Shown one piece after another: positions 9,285 to 18,430 of a stretch of 64,000 bases of DNA; within the stretch, counting starts at the first letter, position 1, and every line of letters starts with the position of its first letter. Source of the DNA: a virus. The DNA lies in IMG/VR virus record IMGVR_UViG_3300035310_000070; one strand, written 5' to 3'. The translations under genes were made by a program, and so were the position numbers. The notes beneath the pieces are model-generated. The model made no database searches. It had not been told where the DNA came from and worked only from the letters and a program-made list of their open reading frames with translations.

Positions 9285-10364
9285 ATGACGACGACCATTG
9301 TTCCAGATGTCCGACTGAGCGTCCCCGCGACGAAGAAACCCGCTGCCTGGCTGGTCCACTTCTGGATTTTGCCCCGCTGGTTCGCCCTCCCAGCTGCTCT
9401 CTGCCCGGTACTCTTGGGGTACTTCGCTGTTCGAGGCGAACCGGGTCTTGCGCTGGCCCTGGCCTTGGTCGCGGCCTCCGCGCTTGTGGCGTCACTTCAC
9501 TGCTGGAACTCGGTGGTGGACTGGCTCTCCGGAGTGGACAAGCCCGGAGGGTCCGTAGAGAAACCTTATACTTCTGGGTCCCAGGTCCTGCCCCGGGGCT
9601 GGGCCCCGTTGTGGGCGGTTATCGCGAATGCCCTCGCCTTCTTTGGCCTGGCCGTTGGCCTTACCGTCTGGCTCGGCTTCCTGGTGAACTCCTGGTGGCC
9701 GGCCTTCGGTTTCGGCATCGCGTTCATCTTCGGCGCCTTCTATTCGCCAGTCTGGAAATATTGGTACATGCCCGAGGCCTGCGGCCTGCTCGCATTCGGC
9801 GTAGGCGGGACCGCGCTGGGCATGTCGGTCTCTGGCAACGTGCCGGTCAAAGAAGCGTTTTTGCTGGGAATCGGGGTCTCCCTGCCCTTCGCAGTTTCGT
9901 GGGGCGTGGACCAAGCCTATGACGCCGCTTCTGATGTCCAGCGCGGGGTCCGGAATATCGGCGGGCTGCTCCACGTCACGGGGTTTCCCACGTGGGCCTA
10001 CACCGGTATCGGTGTGCTGTTCACCTACGCTTACGTCGTGTTCCTGGTGGCCATCGGGTCCCTGGGCCCCTGGGCCGGGCTTACCTTCCTAGCGATGCCA
10101 GCCTGGATTCTCTGCCTGGCCTGGCTCTACGCTCACGACCGCGTAAGTTTACCCTCTTCCACGCGTTTCTTCTCGGTCCTCGATCGCCCACTGAATCCAG
10201 AGCAAATAGAGGCCCGTTTGTCCGAAGAGAATCTAGCTGTAGAACAACGATTGGCTGAATATCACAGCCGACTGAAGCGGACCCTCGACCTGGGTGTCAG
10301 GTTCGGCCTGCTGGCTATTCTGGTCCACATGGTGGCCCTGGTGGTCGCTGAAGCCCTAAGATGA
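9285..10364 (+). CDS. UbiA-family (MenA-like) prenyltransferase
   Basis: Multi-TM; NSVVDWLSGVD and DQAYDAASDVQRG Asp-rich motifs. Confidence 0.85.
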   Translation: MTTTIVPDVRLSVPATKKPAAWLVHFWILPRWFALPAALCPVLLGYFAVRGEPGLALALALVAASALVASLHCWNSVVDWLSGVDKPGGSVEKPYTSGSQVLPRGWAPLWAVIANALAFFGLAVGLTVWLGFLVNSWWPAFGFGIAFIFGAFYSPVWKYWYMPEACGLLAFGVGGTALGMSVSGNVPVKEAFLLGIGVSLPFAVSWGVDQAYDAASDVQRGVRNIGGLLHVTGFPTWAYTGIGVLFTYAYVVFLVAIGSLGPWAGLTFLAMPAWILCLAWLYAHDRVSLPSSTRFFSVLDRPLNPEQIEARLSEENLAVEQRLAEYHSRLKRTLDLGVRFGLLAILVHMVALVVAEALR

Positions 10365-10597
10365 GCACTGCGAAAGAGGAACTTCCGGGGATGGAATTTG
10401 AAGGTCCCATGGGCCATTTCTGGGTCATGGAAGAGGTGCCTATGCCGGCCCTAATAGCCGCAATCGCTGAGTGCTTGGACGAGCTGATAAAACGCGGGTT
10501 CTCAGAGTCCCAAATCATGGAAATGGTTCACAGCCTTCAGGTAGATAGAATCGAGGAAATGATTCACCGCCTTCAGCAGGGAGAACGGAATGTCTGA
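10361..10597 (+). CDS. Hypothetical protein
   Basis: Coupled ORF inside the cluster. Confidence 0.65.
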   Translation: MSTAKEELPGMEFEGPMGHFWVMEEVPMPALIAAIAECLDELIKRGFSESQIMEMVHSLQVDRIEEMIHRLQQGERNV

Positions 10598-11627
10598 GTT
10601 AAAACCACGCATTACCAGCCTGGGTCACGCTGTGGCCGATAATGTGGTGATGTCCATAGAAGAGGCCGTCGAGTATTTTGGATATACCTCTGGAGTCGTG
10701 AAAGGCATCGCCCGTAATACTAAGGTGGCCGGGAAGCATTGGTGGTGCGACCCCCGGACCAGGTACAGCGTCCAACAGATGACAGAAGACTATGAGGCTG
10801 GGGCGCTGGCCCTGAGCTGCAAGGCTATAGACAACTGCTTGCAGGGCTACCCAGTTGAAAAGATCGGCACGTTCATCTACGCTTCTTGTACTAAGCAGCT
10901 AGACCTGACTCCAGGTATGGCCTTCAAAATCGCCGGCGCTCTCCGGATGCGCCCCGACGTCCGCATGGACGAGCCGACCGGATTAGGTTGCCAAGGAGCC
11001 CTTCCAAGCCTGGAGACTGCCTACGCCCACTTAGTGACCTTTGGGGAGCCAGTTTTGCTGATTGCCTGCGAAATTTGCTCCGCGACATTCTTTGATGCCC
11101 CGCAGGAAGATATTGGGAACACAATATCCAACCTCATTTTTTCAGACGGTGCTTCAGCTGCGTTGCTTGACTTTTCTGACAATCCGGGACTTCCTGCGAT
11201 AATTGGCTTTGACCGGTATTTTTCCAAGGACGGGGAACGCTTACTCGGCTATGACATTAAGGACGGACGCAAGAAAGTCCGGCTCTCCAAGGATGTCCGT
11301 ACTCAGGTCCCGCCGATGGTCGCCCAGACTGTTCAGAGGTTGCTAAAACGCCACAGCCTGACCACTGAAGATATCTCCAGCTGGTGCGTGCACAACGGCG
11401 GCGCAGCCATTCTCGACGAAATAGCCAATGACCTCGGGCTGAACAGCCAGTACGATTTCCGCTATTCTTGGGAGACCTTAAGGGAGTATGGCAATCTCTC
11501 CAGCGCGACAGTCGGGGTCGTGGCGGAGAAGATGCACGCGGACCCGATCAACCGCCACGGGTGGGTTGTAGGGGCCGCGATGGGAGCTGGGGCAGGGGTG
11601 GGAGCGGTGCTCTGCCGTTACGGCTAG
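10590..11627 (+). CDS. Type III polyketide synthase (chalcone/stilbene synthase fold)
   Basis: Triad GLGCQG, VHNGG, YGNLSS; FSDGASA. Confidence 0.93.
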   Translation: MSELKPRITSLGHAVADNVVMSIEEAVEYFGYTSGVVKGIARNTKVAGKHWWCDPRTRYSVQQMTEDYEAGALALSCKAIDNCLQGYPVEKIGTFIYASCTKQLDLTPGMAFKIAGALRMRPDVRMDEPTGLGCQGALPSLETAYAHLVTFGEPVLLIACEICSATFFDAPQEDIGNTISNLIFSDGASAALLDFSDNPGLPAIIGFDRYFSKDGERLLGYDIKDGRKKVRLSKDVRTQVPPMVAQTVQRLLKRHSLTTEDISSWCVHNGGAAILDEIANDLGLNSQYDFRYSWETLREYGNLSSATVGVVAEKMHADPINRHGWVVGAAMGAGAGVGAVLCRYG

Positions 11628-11645
11628 TTTAAGGAGGAGCACGAG

Positions 11646-12002
11646 ATGCACGTTTTAGAACCGATTCACACAACGCAAGCTGGTTGGAATCGTCTATATC
11701 TTAAGCACCGTGATGAGACCAGCCTGCTGCTGGCGATAGTAGATTACAAGAAGAGGAGTGATATAAGGTGGGACCTTTTGCAGATGGACCCGATAGTGAT
11801 TCCTAAATTTCCAGAGGTCAAAAGCGAAGAGCTTCGCGAGCTCTGGATCACCTACTTGCGAAGTCACGTTAATGGGAAACTGCCCGACTTCTTACGTTGG
11901 GGTTCCTTTGACGTTTATGGGAAGATACCTGTACTGAAAGAGAACGGGGACTCATTTGCAAAACAGGTAAGGGCGATTTTAGAGAGCATACCTGTCAGCT
12001 GA
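11646..12002 (+). CDS. Hypothetical protein
   Basis: AAGGAGG RBS; AT-richer ORF. Confidence 0.7.
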   Translation: MHVLEPIHTTQAGWNRLYLKHRDETSLLLAIVDYKKRSDIRWDLLQMDPIVIPKFPEVKSEELRELWITYLRSHVNGKLPDFLRWGSFDVYGKIPVLKENGDSFAKQVRAILESIPVS

Positions 12003-12012
12003 TGAGGGCAAC

Positions 12013-12504
12013 ATGGTTAGAGGCTATCTAGGGAACGAACCGCCTTGGCAGCGTAAGCCTTTACCTCCAATTCCAGGAGTGCTGAGCGCCATCTCCTGGG
12101 TCACTGGAGAAGAAATTCCTTTGGCCGCCTTCAAGCCAGTCTTTGGTATGGTTTTTCCCCAGGGTGCGCTGCTCTACCATGGCACTAGCCCAAATGCTGC
12201 GCAGGCTATTCTCAAGGAAGGTTTCCACACGCCTAGTGGTGGTCCGGTCTGGTTCAGCTCTTCTTTTAGCGAAGCCCTTCAGTACGGGAAGCGGCGCTTG
12301 GGGGAGTTCCGTGAAGACCCCCGCACTGTCGCAGTTATTGAAGCCTTCGTTACTCCTAAGGAAGCCAGCGGATGTACAATCTCATTCGCCTATCCTCATA
12401 TCCGTGTTCATTGCCCGGTAGGAGGACGAATCATCCCCCATGAGATGAGGGCCTTTGTTCAGATCGGGGAGGCCAAGGGTTATGAAATTCTTGAGCGCGG
12501 ATAA
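12013..12504 (+). CDS. ADP-ribosyltransferase-fold protein
   Basis: LYHGTS...ILKEGF...VWFSSS...ALQYG (H-G-T ART motif). Confidence 0.7.
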   Translation: MVRGYLGNEPPWQRKPLPPIPGVLSAISWVTGEEIPLAAFKPVFGMVFPQGALLYHGTSPNAAQAILKEGFHTPSGGPVWFSSSFSEALQYGKRRLGEFREDPRTVAVIEAFVTPKEASGCTISFAYPHIRVHCPVGGRIIPHEMRAFVQIGEAKGYEILERG

Positions 12505-12535
12505 GCGTTGCTGTTATTAAGTAAGGAGCGGAAAC

Positions 12536-12730
12536 ATGAGTGCCTTGCGGGACGAAGGAAAGCCCGATTCCAACGTGGTGATGGAGCCAGGACAGAATAT
12601 GGTTGAAGTAACGACTGGGAAACTTCTGTTGTCTTGTGGTTGTGGAATTCGAGTCGTTAACGGGTTCCGCCCATTAAAAGCTTGGTGCTCTCGACATCCC
12701 GGCTCTTGGCCATACGTCCAGACACTTTAG
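12536..12730 (+). CDS. Small Cys/His protein
   Basis: AAGGAG RBS; SCGCG...CSRH. Confidence 0.55.
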   Translation: MSALRDEGKPDSNVVMEPGQNMVEVTTGKLLLSCGCGIRVVNGFRPLKAWCSRHPGSWPYVQTL

Positions 12731-12782
12731 TGCATTGCTGGTCGACATAGGCGCAGTCTTACATCACGTGACTAGGAGGCAT

Positions 12783-13037
12783 ATGTCTGAAGCTGAGCTC
12801 TTGAAGGTCATCGCGGACTACTTACAGGAGAAGCAAGGCACTGAATCCGGCCAAGTCAAGATGGAGACGTCCATCGTCGACGACCTAAAACTGGACTCCT
12901 TAGACACGATCGAGATGATACTGGCCATGGAGGAACATTTCAAAACCCAGATCCCAGATGAAGTGGCCGGGGAATGGCAGACCGTGGGCGACATCGTGAA
13001 GTTTCTCACCGCCAGCCCGGTAACTCCCCTGCCATGA
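12783..13037 (+). CDS. acpP: Acyl carrier protein
   Basis: DLKLDSLDTIEMILAMEEHF phosphopantetheine motif; AGGAGG RBS. Confidence 0.95.
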   Translation: MSEAELLKVIADYLQEKQGTESGQVKMETSIVDDLKLDSLDTIEMILAMEEHFKTQIPDEVAGEWQTVGDIVKFLTASPVTPLP

Positions 13038-14032
13038 AGCTCTTGCTGACTGGCGCCAGCGGCGTCCTCGGCAGTCATCTAACCCGGGAGCTTCTCCAAG
13101 ACGGCCACCAAGTCTACGCTCTGGTGCACCGGAAGGCCTTGGGTGAAGGCCCAGTGGTGTGCATCCAAGGAGATGTAACGTTACCTCGATTCGGGATTCA
13201 GGGGGAATTCCCGAAGCTGGATGCCATCGTCAACGCCGCGGGCTTGGTGTCTTTCAACAACCGTGAGCGTCCGGCGTTGCAACGGGTGAATGTCGACGGA
13301 GCATGGAATGCGGCGAATACGGCCAGCTGCCTAGGCATCCCCCTACTCCACATCTCCACCGCATACGTCTGTGGCGACCACAAGGGCATCTTCGAAGCAA
13401 CCGACCTTGAGCTGGGGCAACACCACCGCAATGAGTACGAGCGAAGCAAGTATCAGGCTGAGCAGGAAATCCGAGAGTGGAAGAAGCATCACTTATCCTG
13501 GACCATTTTCCGGCCCTCCATTCTGGTTGGAGACTCCAAGGTATCAGGCATCCCGCCTTTGCACGGCCTCTACTTGGGAGTCAGAGGAGTTTACCTGACG
13601 AAGCGCTGGCTGGAGCGCAAGTTTGCGCTGCCTGCTCTCGACCCGGAGTTGCGGTTAAGAGCCGACCCGCACGCTACCATCAATATTATTCCGGTGGACA
13701 TCGCGGCACGCCAGATAGCGGACTTGGTCCTTAAATCGGAGCCCGGCACGTATCCGATAGTCAACACGCAACCCCCAACCATCGCTCAGATCTGCGCGGG
13801 CGCCGGTGCTGCTTTGGGGGCCAAAATCATCCCCTGTTTATCATTTGAACCTAACCCAGGAGAACGGATGCTGGAGCGATTGGTGCGAGACCTGCTCCCC
13901 TACTTACAGGGTGAGCCGGTTTTTGCGGCGAACCCTTCCTGCCCGTCTCCAGCGGCTCAAGTAATCCCACCGGGCTTCGTTGAACAGACTGCGCGACTAT
14001 TCTTGTTAAATCATTCTGGACAGAAGAGGTAA
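13034..14032 (+). CDS. Fatty acyl-CoA/thioester reductase-like extended SDR
   Basis: TGASGVLG, HISTAYVCG, YERSK, RPSILVG. Confidence 0.88.
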   Translation: MKLLLTGASGVLGSHLTRELLQDGHQVYALVHRKALGEGPVVCIQGDVTLPRFGIQGEFPKLDAIVNAAGLVSFNNRERPALQRVNVDGAWNAANTASCLGIPLLHISTAYVCGDHKGIFEATDLELGQHHRNEYERSKYQAEQEIREWKKHHLSWTIFRPSILVGDSKVSGIPPLHGLYLGVRGVYLTKRWLERKFALPALDPELRLRADPHATINIIPVDIAARQIADLVLKSEPGTYPIVNTQPPTIAQICAGAGAALGAKIIPCLSFEPNPGERMLERLVRDLLPYLQGEPVFAANPSCPSPAAQVIPPGFVEQTARLFLLNHSGQKR

Positions 14033-14036
14033 CCGC

Positions 14037-14324
14037 TTGCTCGACCGATTCAAAGCCTTAGTGGACCGCATGCCATCCGACAAGACTCTTCAGGACCTGG
14101 TCAGAATGGCTCCTGTTCTGGAAAAGCTGCCCAGTGAAGCAACCCTTCAGGCCCTCATTCAATACCTGCCCCTCCTGGCAAAGTTGCCGGATTCGGCGGC
14201 ACTAAACCGGTTATCAGAGTACCTGCCCCTCTTGGAACGCTTGCCGGACCAAGCGACGCTTAAACAACTGCTGGATAAACTAGACACCCTGTCCCCCTTT
14301 CTTGCGGCATTGAAGGGAAAATAA
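14037..14324 (+). CDS. Amphipathic 19-aa repeat protein
   Basis: Four LPxxxxLxxLxxxLPxLxx repeats. Confidence 0.75.
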   Translation: MLDRFKALVDRMPSDKTLQDLVRMAPVLEKLPSEATLQALIQYLPLLAKLPDSAALNRLSEYLPLLERLPDQATLKQLLDKLDTLSPFLAALKGK

Positions 14325-14336
14325 TATACTGGCCAC

Positions 14337-14810
14337 ATGCCGCGCCCGACCTTCAGGCCGCCCATGCCGCCTCGAGTACCCGATAAGCTGCCCTTTGAGG
14401 AGAGCGTGGACCGGGCGCTGGACCGGGCCGCCGCAGCTTTAGAAGGAAGCAGATTCCTCCGCGTTGTACGCCGCATCGAGGACAAGCTGCCGGTCATTGG
14501 GCCCACCGAGATCCCGACCCCGCTGGGCACGGTGCGCGCTCCCCAGTTGGAGCCCCCGAGTTTAGAACCGCCACAGATGGACGACCGCCGCAAGCAGGCG
14601 GTCAAGGCCGCCGTGGCCCAGGACCTGGCGTTCATCGTGGGGTTCGTGCCGGTGGTAGGCGATGCCGTGGCGGACGTCGTTGAAGATGCCTACTTCCGCA
14701 CCATCCACGAGACTCTCACTCCGGAAGAGTTTGAGACCTATAAGAAGTTCGACGTGTACAGCCCTTCGACGGTGGCGGCCCTCAGGACTTTTTCCAAGCA
14801 CCGGAGATAA
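14337..14810 (+). CDS. Putative membrane-associated virion protein
   Basis: Pro-rich; hydrophobic segment LAFIVGFVPVVG. Confidence 0.7.
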   Translation: MPRPTFRPPMPPRVPDKLPFEESVDRALDRAAAALEGSRFLRVVRRIEDKLPVIGPTEIPTPLGTVRAPQLEPPSLEPPQMDDRRKQAVKAAVAQDLAFIVGFVPVVGDAVADVVEDAYFRTIHETLTPEEFETYKKFDVYSPSTVAALRTFSKHRR

Positions 14811-14812
14811 CG

Positions 14813-15253
14813 ATGCAGCGACCGTTGTTGCCAGACGCCCTAGCATTAACTTTCAATTCCATTATACTTGCCTTCGCTGAGGCGACAGGGATTGCTCCTG
14901 GTGCCGGAGAAGAGTGGGTCCAGGGGCTAGAAGACCATGTGAGGCGCAATGGCCTGTTTTCCAAGTTCTCCGTTTTGTACGCACCAATTCAACCTCCAAG
15001 CTTCTTCTGGCGATATTCGTGCGACAATTGTCGGGCATGGCAAGAACCGAACGGATGCAAGTGGGTCGAAGGGTGGATAGCGGCCGGGGGCTGGTGCGGG
15101 ATTTTTATGCCAAAAGAAGGGGATCCCCCATTCACCTGGCCGGCCAAGTTTCTCCAGGATATCCCGCGGTGGCTGGCCGAAGCGCCCGAGGCTTTCCGGA
15201 ATTGGCTTGACGAAGAACAGCCGCCTAAGGAACTCTGGATGCTTGGAGGGTAA
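14813..15253 (+). CDS. Protein with HiPIP-like four-Cys domain
   Basis: CDNC...C KWVEGWIAAGGWC matches the HiPIP CxxC...CxxVxGxIxxxGWC pattern. Confidence 0.6.
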   Translation: MQRPLLPDALALTFNSIILAFAEATGIAPGAGEEWVQGLEDHVRRNGLFSKFSVLYAPIQPPSFFWRYSCDNCRAWQEPNGCKWVEGWIAAGGWCGIFMPKEGDPPFTWPAKFLQDIPRWLAEAPEAFRNWLDEEQPPKELWMLGG

Positions 15254-15255
15254 AC

Positions 15256-15564
15256 ATGGCTGGCAATATAGGACCACCACCGCTCTTCGGGGCGCCATGG
15301 GAGAGGGAGGATGCGGAGGCTGAGGAACGCATTCAGGCAGGAGAACGGCGCCTCTCCGACCGAGATAGCTTCTTTGTCGGCATGAACCGCAACGGGATAG
15401 ATTGGGCCGCAAAACAAATCTCTGAATTGACGGGCATGGATAGTCAAACCGCCGGAAGTTTCGCCACTGCAATGTCAGTTATGGAACATCGTCAGCAGAC
15501 CCGAGTGGCCAACGACATTTACGATTACCTAAGGCGAATAGGGCAGTTCACCAAAGCAAGGTAA
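15256..15564 (+). CDS. Hypothetical protein
   Basis: GGAGG RBS. Confidence 0.7.
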   Translation: MAGNIGPPPLFGAPWEREDAEAEERIQAGERRLSDRDSFFVGMNRNGIDWAAKQISELTGMDSQTAGSFATAMSVMEHRQQTRVANDIYDYLRRIGQFTKAR

Positions 15565-15567
15565 GCC

Positions 15568-15819
15568 ATGCCTAACCGCGAAAGAATCGACCCCCTTGAA
15601 GCTAAGCTGTTCCGCCTGTTTAAGGTGGAAGCAGCCAAGGAACAGGCGATGGTCGCCCGCATCATAGAGGAGGGGGCAGTTCCAAGAGACCTCATGCGGC
15701 CCCCTGGCAAGGAAGCCGCCTGCGCTGTTCTGGCAATCATGGTCCGGGCTTTCCGCCCTCCGTTCAAGCTGCAAGATGGACTATTAGGCCGAGCAGAATA
15801 TTGGACCATTGAGGGGTAG
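15568..15819 (+). CDS. Hypothetical protein
   Basis: Operon ORF. Confidence 0.65.
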   Translation: MPNRERIDPLEAKLFRLFKVEAAKEQAMVARIIEEGAVPRDLMRPPGKEAACAVLAIMVRAFRPPFKLQDGLLGRAEYWTIEG

Positions 15820-16079
15820 TGATGCGCGTCGTCGTCGCCGCAGTCCCCTTCGGCAACCTGGACTCAATCCCCATCCGCGCCAAGCTGGAGAAAGCTTTGA
15901 AACAGGCCGCGGTCCCTTACGAGGTGACCCAGACGGCACTACTTCTGGACCCCGGGGCCCAAGTCCAGGCGTTCGCCAGGCGAAAGGCACCATACCTTTA
16001 CTTCCTGGTGGAAGAGCCTGACCTAGGCCGGGCCAGAAGCGCCATTGCCCCGGTTAGCCCGCACTCATTGGAGGAGTAA
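15819..16079 (+). CDS. Hypothetical protein
   Basis: Operon ORF. Confidence 0.65.
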   Translation: MMRVVVAAVPFGNLDSIPIRAKLEKALKQAAVPYEVTQTALLLDPGAQVQAFARRKAPYLYFLVEEPDLGRARSAIAPVSPHSLEE

Positions 16080-16082
16080 GTC

Positions 16083-16514
16083 ATGACACTAAGATTGCCC
16101 CCCCTTCTAGGGCTTCCGTGGGAGCGCCGGGCCAATGGTGATGGCTCCGGACTGCTGGCGCCCCTTGCTCTGACTGGCCTGACCAAGCTTCAAGGCCAAC
16201 CGTTCCAGTTTGGGTGGGGGGCCCGGAACACCGGGGGTTCTCCCGGGACTGTCGAACTAAATGTGGGCGCTCCCGCCTACCTCCGCAGCGGCCCCCTGGT
16301 GGTCAACCCCGGTCAGGACGTGCCCCTGGCTCTGGTATGGAACACCGGGTCAGTGGTGCCGGGGACCTACACGGTCACCATTCAGATCAACGAACTCACT
16401 CCCCAGGGGGTCTTTGCCAGGAACCTGGGGACCGATTCCTTTCCGCTGACCATTAGCTCCCCCGCTCCCGCGCCGGCCGCATTGTCCGTACTCGGCAGCC
16501 CGTCTGTTTCGTAA
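16083..16514 (+). CDS. Ig-like (CARDB-like) putative structural protein
   Basis: VNPGQDV...WNTG...GTYTVTI; ends LSVLGSPSVS. Confidence 0.7.
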   Translation: MTLRLPPLLGLPWERRANGDGSGLLAPLALTGLTKLQGQPFQFGWGARNTGGSPGTVELNVGAPAYLRSGPLVVNPGQDVPLALVWNTGSVVPGTYTVTIQINELTPQGVFARNLGTDSFPLTISSPAPAPAALSVLGSPSVS

Positions 16515-16525
16515 GGAGGAGCACC

Positions 16526-16783
16526 ATGACCCAGCAGTCCTCGTCCCCACTGGTCCAGGGCGCTGACGCGCTTGACGCTGCCGAAAGCAGGGTCGAGGAG
16601 ACTCTGAAACGAAGTATTCCTGATGTGGCTGGCTTGCTCCGAAGGATCGCCCTTGCTCTACCGGGTGGAGGAGTTCCTGGGGCTCCGCAACCAGAGGTAC
16701 CCGCCCCGGGTGTGCCGGTCCCGGGTGCCCGCGCTCCCCAGCCAGCCGTGCTGTCCGTGCTCGGCAGCCCAACTGTTTCGTAG
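16526..16783 (+). CDS. Pro-rich putative structural protein
   Basis: AAGGAGG RBS; ends LSVLGSPTVS. Confidence 0.7.
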   Translation: MTQQSSSPLVQGADALDAAESRVEETLKRSIPDVAGLLRRIALALPGGGVPGAPQPEVPAPGVPVPGARAPQPAVLSVLGSPTVS

Positions 16784-16789
16784 GTCGCA

Positions 16790-17458
16790 ATGGTTCGTCA
16801 GATATTCGGGGCTCTAACACCGGACCTTCCGATACGCGACGGCTTTCCACCGCATATCGACTCAAGGCTCTTGCCCAATAAGTTTCAGAATCTTCTGGCT
16901 GACTATGGCGGCACGCTGCCCATTCTCATATCGAAGGGCGACGACCTCACAGTCAGGGTCACGTTCGAAACCAAGGGGCCTCCTTTTATTTGCAAGGTCG
17001 GGGTGGGCCTTAATCTCACAACGGATGTCCGGAGGCTTCGCCCGGACGTCAACGTTGCCGTATGGCTGAGCGATACCAAGATCATCGCTCCTTCTTTGAC
17101 CTGGGCAAAACAAGAGGTCATTCTTAAAGGCAAGCTTATTTTTGAAGGAGAGCAGGAGCGCGATACAGTCGATGTATTAAAGGCTCTCGAGGTGCCTTTC
17201 CGCGACTTGGATATCGGTGGTGAGGATATGCTGCTGGCCGACTGGGACCGGGATGTTTACCGCGTTGGCGAGCGGCCTTTGCCGCCCATCCAAGGTCTAC
17301 CACGGTTGGGGGCCTATGGCGAAGGCCTACCCCCTTTAAGAGATATGCCGCCCATCCAAGGCCTACCACGGTTGGGGGCCTATGGCGAAGGCCTACCCCC
17401 TTTAAGAGATATGCCGCCCATCCAAGGTCTACCACGGTTGGGGGCCTACGGAGAGTAA
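16790..17458 (+). CDS. Beta-rich putative structural protein with C-terminal 22-aa repeats
   Basis: PPIQGLPRLGAYGEGLPPLRDM repeats. Confidence 0.75.
   Translation: MVRQIFGALTPDLPIRDGFPPHIDSRLLPNKFQNLLADYGGTLPILISKGDDLTVRVTFETKGPPFICKVGVGLNLTTDVRRLRPDVNVAVWLSDTKIIAPSLTWAKQEVILKGKLIFEGEQERDTVDVLKALEVPFRDLDIGGEDMLLADWDRDVYRVGERPLPPIQGLPRLGAYGEGLPPLRDMPPIQGLPRLGAYGEGLPPLRDMPPIQGLPRLGAYGE
17280..17458 (+). repeat. 66-bp tandem repeat, about 2.7 copies
   Basis: Copies start at 17280, 17346 and 17412 and are nearly identical. Confidence 0.95.
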
Positions 17459-17461
17459 GCT

Positions 17462-17902
17462 ATGTCGCATTGGGCACAAGTTCAGGTTGATACCACCGGA
17501 AGGGTCTGGGTCGTAATTGATTGGGAAGAGGGTCAGGGCGTAGTGAACGACACCGCCCGGCCCTTCGATATTTACATGGACCTGGAGATAACCCACAGCC
17601 GCAGGCTTTTGTCAGACCAGTCGGTTGTACGCACATTGCCCGGCACCAACCGGTTCACCACAGAACGAGACCGGGCGCTCATTATATTCACACATGCTCC
17701 CATCGGCACCGTTCAGCCAGGCACTGTCATGGGCATACCGGCTACCGTCGTTGTGGACCGACGGGCCTTCCCAAATGAGGGCTTAGAGGTGAAGGCGATT
17801 GTACGCCTTGTTGAAAATCCCCAGGCCTCGGAGCCAGGAGATGTTGGTCGAGTTATTCTCGAGCACAGACAGGATGGCGTGCTGAGAGTGAACTCAATCT
17901 GA
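17462..17902 (+). CDS. Beta-rich hypothetical structural protein
   Basis: GGAG RBS; 146 aa. Confidence 0.7.
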   Translation: MSHWAQVQVDTTGRVWVVIDWEEGQGVVNDTARPFDIYMDLEITHSRRLLSDQSVVRTLPGTNRFTTERDRALIIFTHAPIGTVQPGTVMGIPATVVVDRRAFPNEGLEVKAIVRLVENPQASEPGDVGRVILEHRQDGVLRVNSI

Positions 17903-17935
17903 CGTTGGAGCCCTCAGCAATTCGAGCAAGTTAAG

Positions 17936-18430
17936 GTGGCAATGCTGGAACTGTTAGGAGCATGGAGTCTCTTTTGCTGGAGGTTTTCTATTAATGAACG
18001 CCAAGAAAACTTTCGACTCGCCCGAGGAGCATCCGACAGTTCGGGAAAGCCTCTCCTTGTGGTGGGAAAACCACAAGAATGGGACTTTTCGATAGTGGGG
18101 CATCCTTGTGGCGATGTTACGCTCGACATTGACCCAAGAGTGCTTGAGCAGTGCCGTACGTCAGGCATTGTTGGCGACGTGACTGCGATACCGTTCCCAG
18201 ATAAGTATTTCGGGGCAGTCTATGTGAGTCACGTTCTCGAACATCTAGACTCCCAGGTGGCTTTCAACCAAGCTATGGCTGAAATTCACCGAGTCGCTGA
18301 TGCTGTATTTGTTTGCTGGCCTCGTTGGTGGAGCCCGGGTGCCTGGTTACACCCAGACCATAAATTGCTGCTGGGTGATAACAACGGAACTGTCACATTC
18401 ATTTCTCAAATCCGTGCATCAACCACTTGA
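17936..18430 (+). CDS. SAM-dependent methyltransferase
   Basis: DIDP...GDVTAIPFPDKYFGAVYVSHVLEHL. Confidence 0.85.
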   Translation: MAMLELLGAWSLFCWRFSINERQENFRLARGASDSSGKPLLVVGKPQEWDFSIVGHPCGDVTLDIDPRVLEQCRTSGIVGDVTAIPFPDKYFGAVYVSHVLEHLDSQVAFNQAMAEIHRVADAVFVCWPRWWSPGAWLHPDHKLLLGDNNGTVTFISQIRASTT

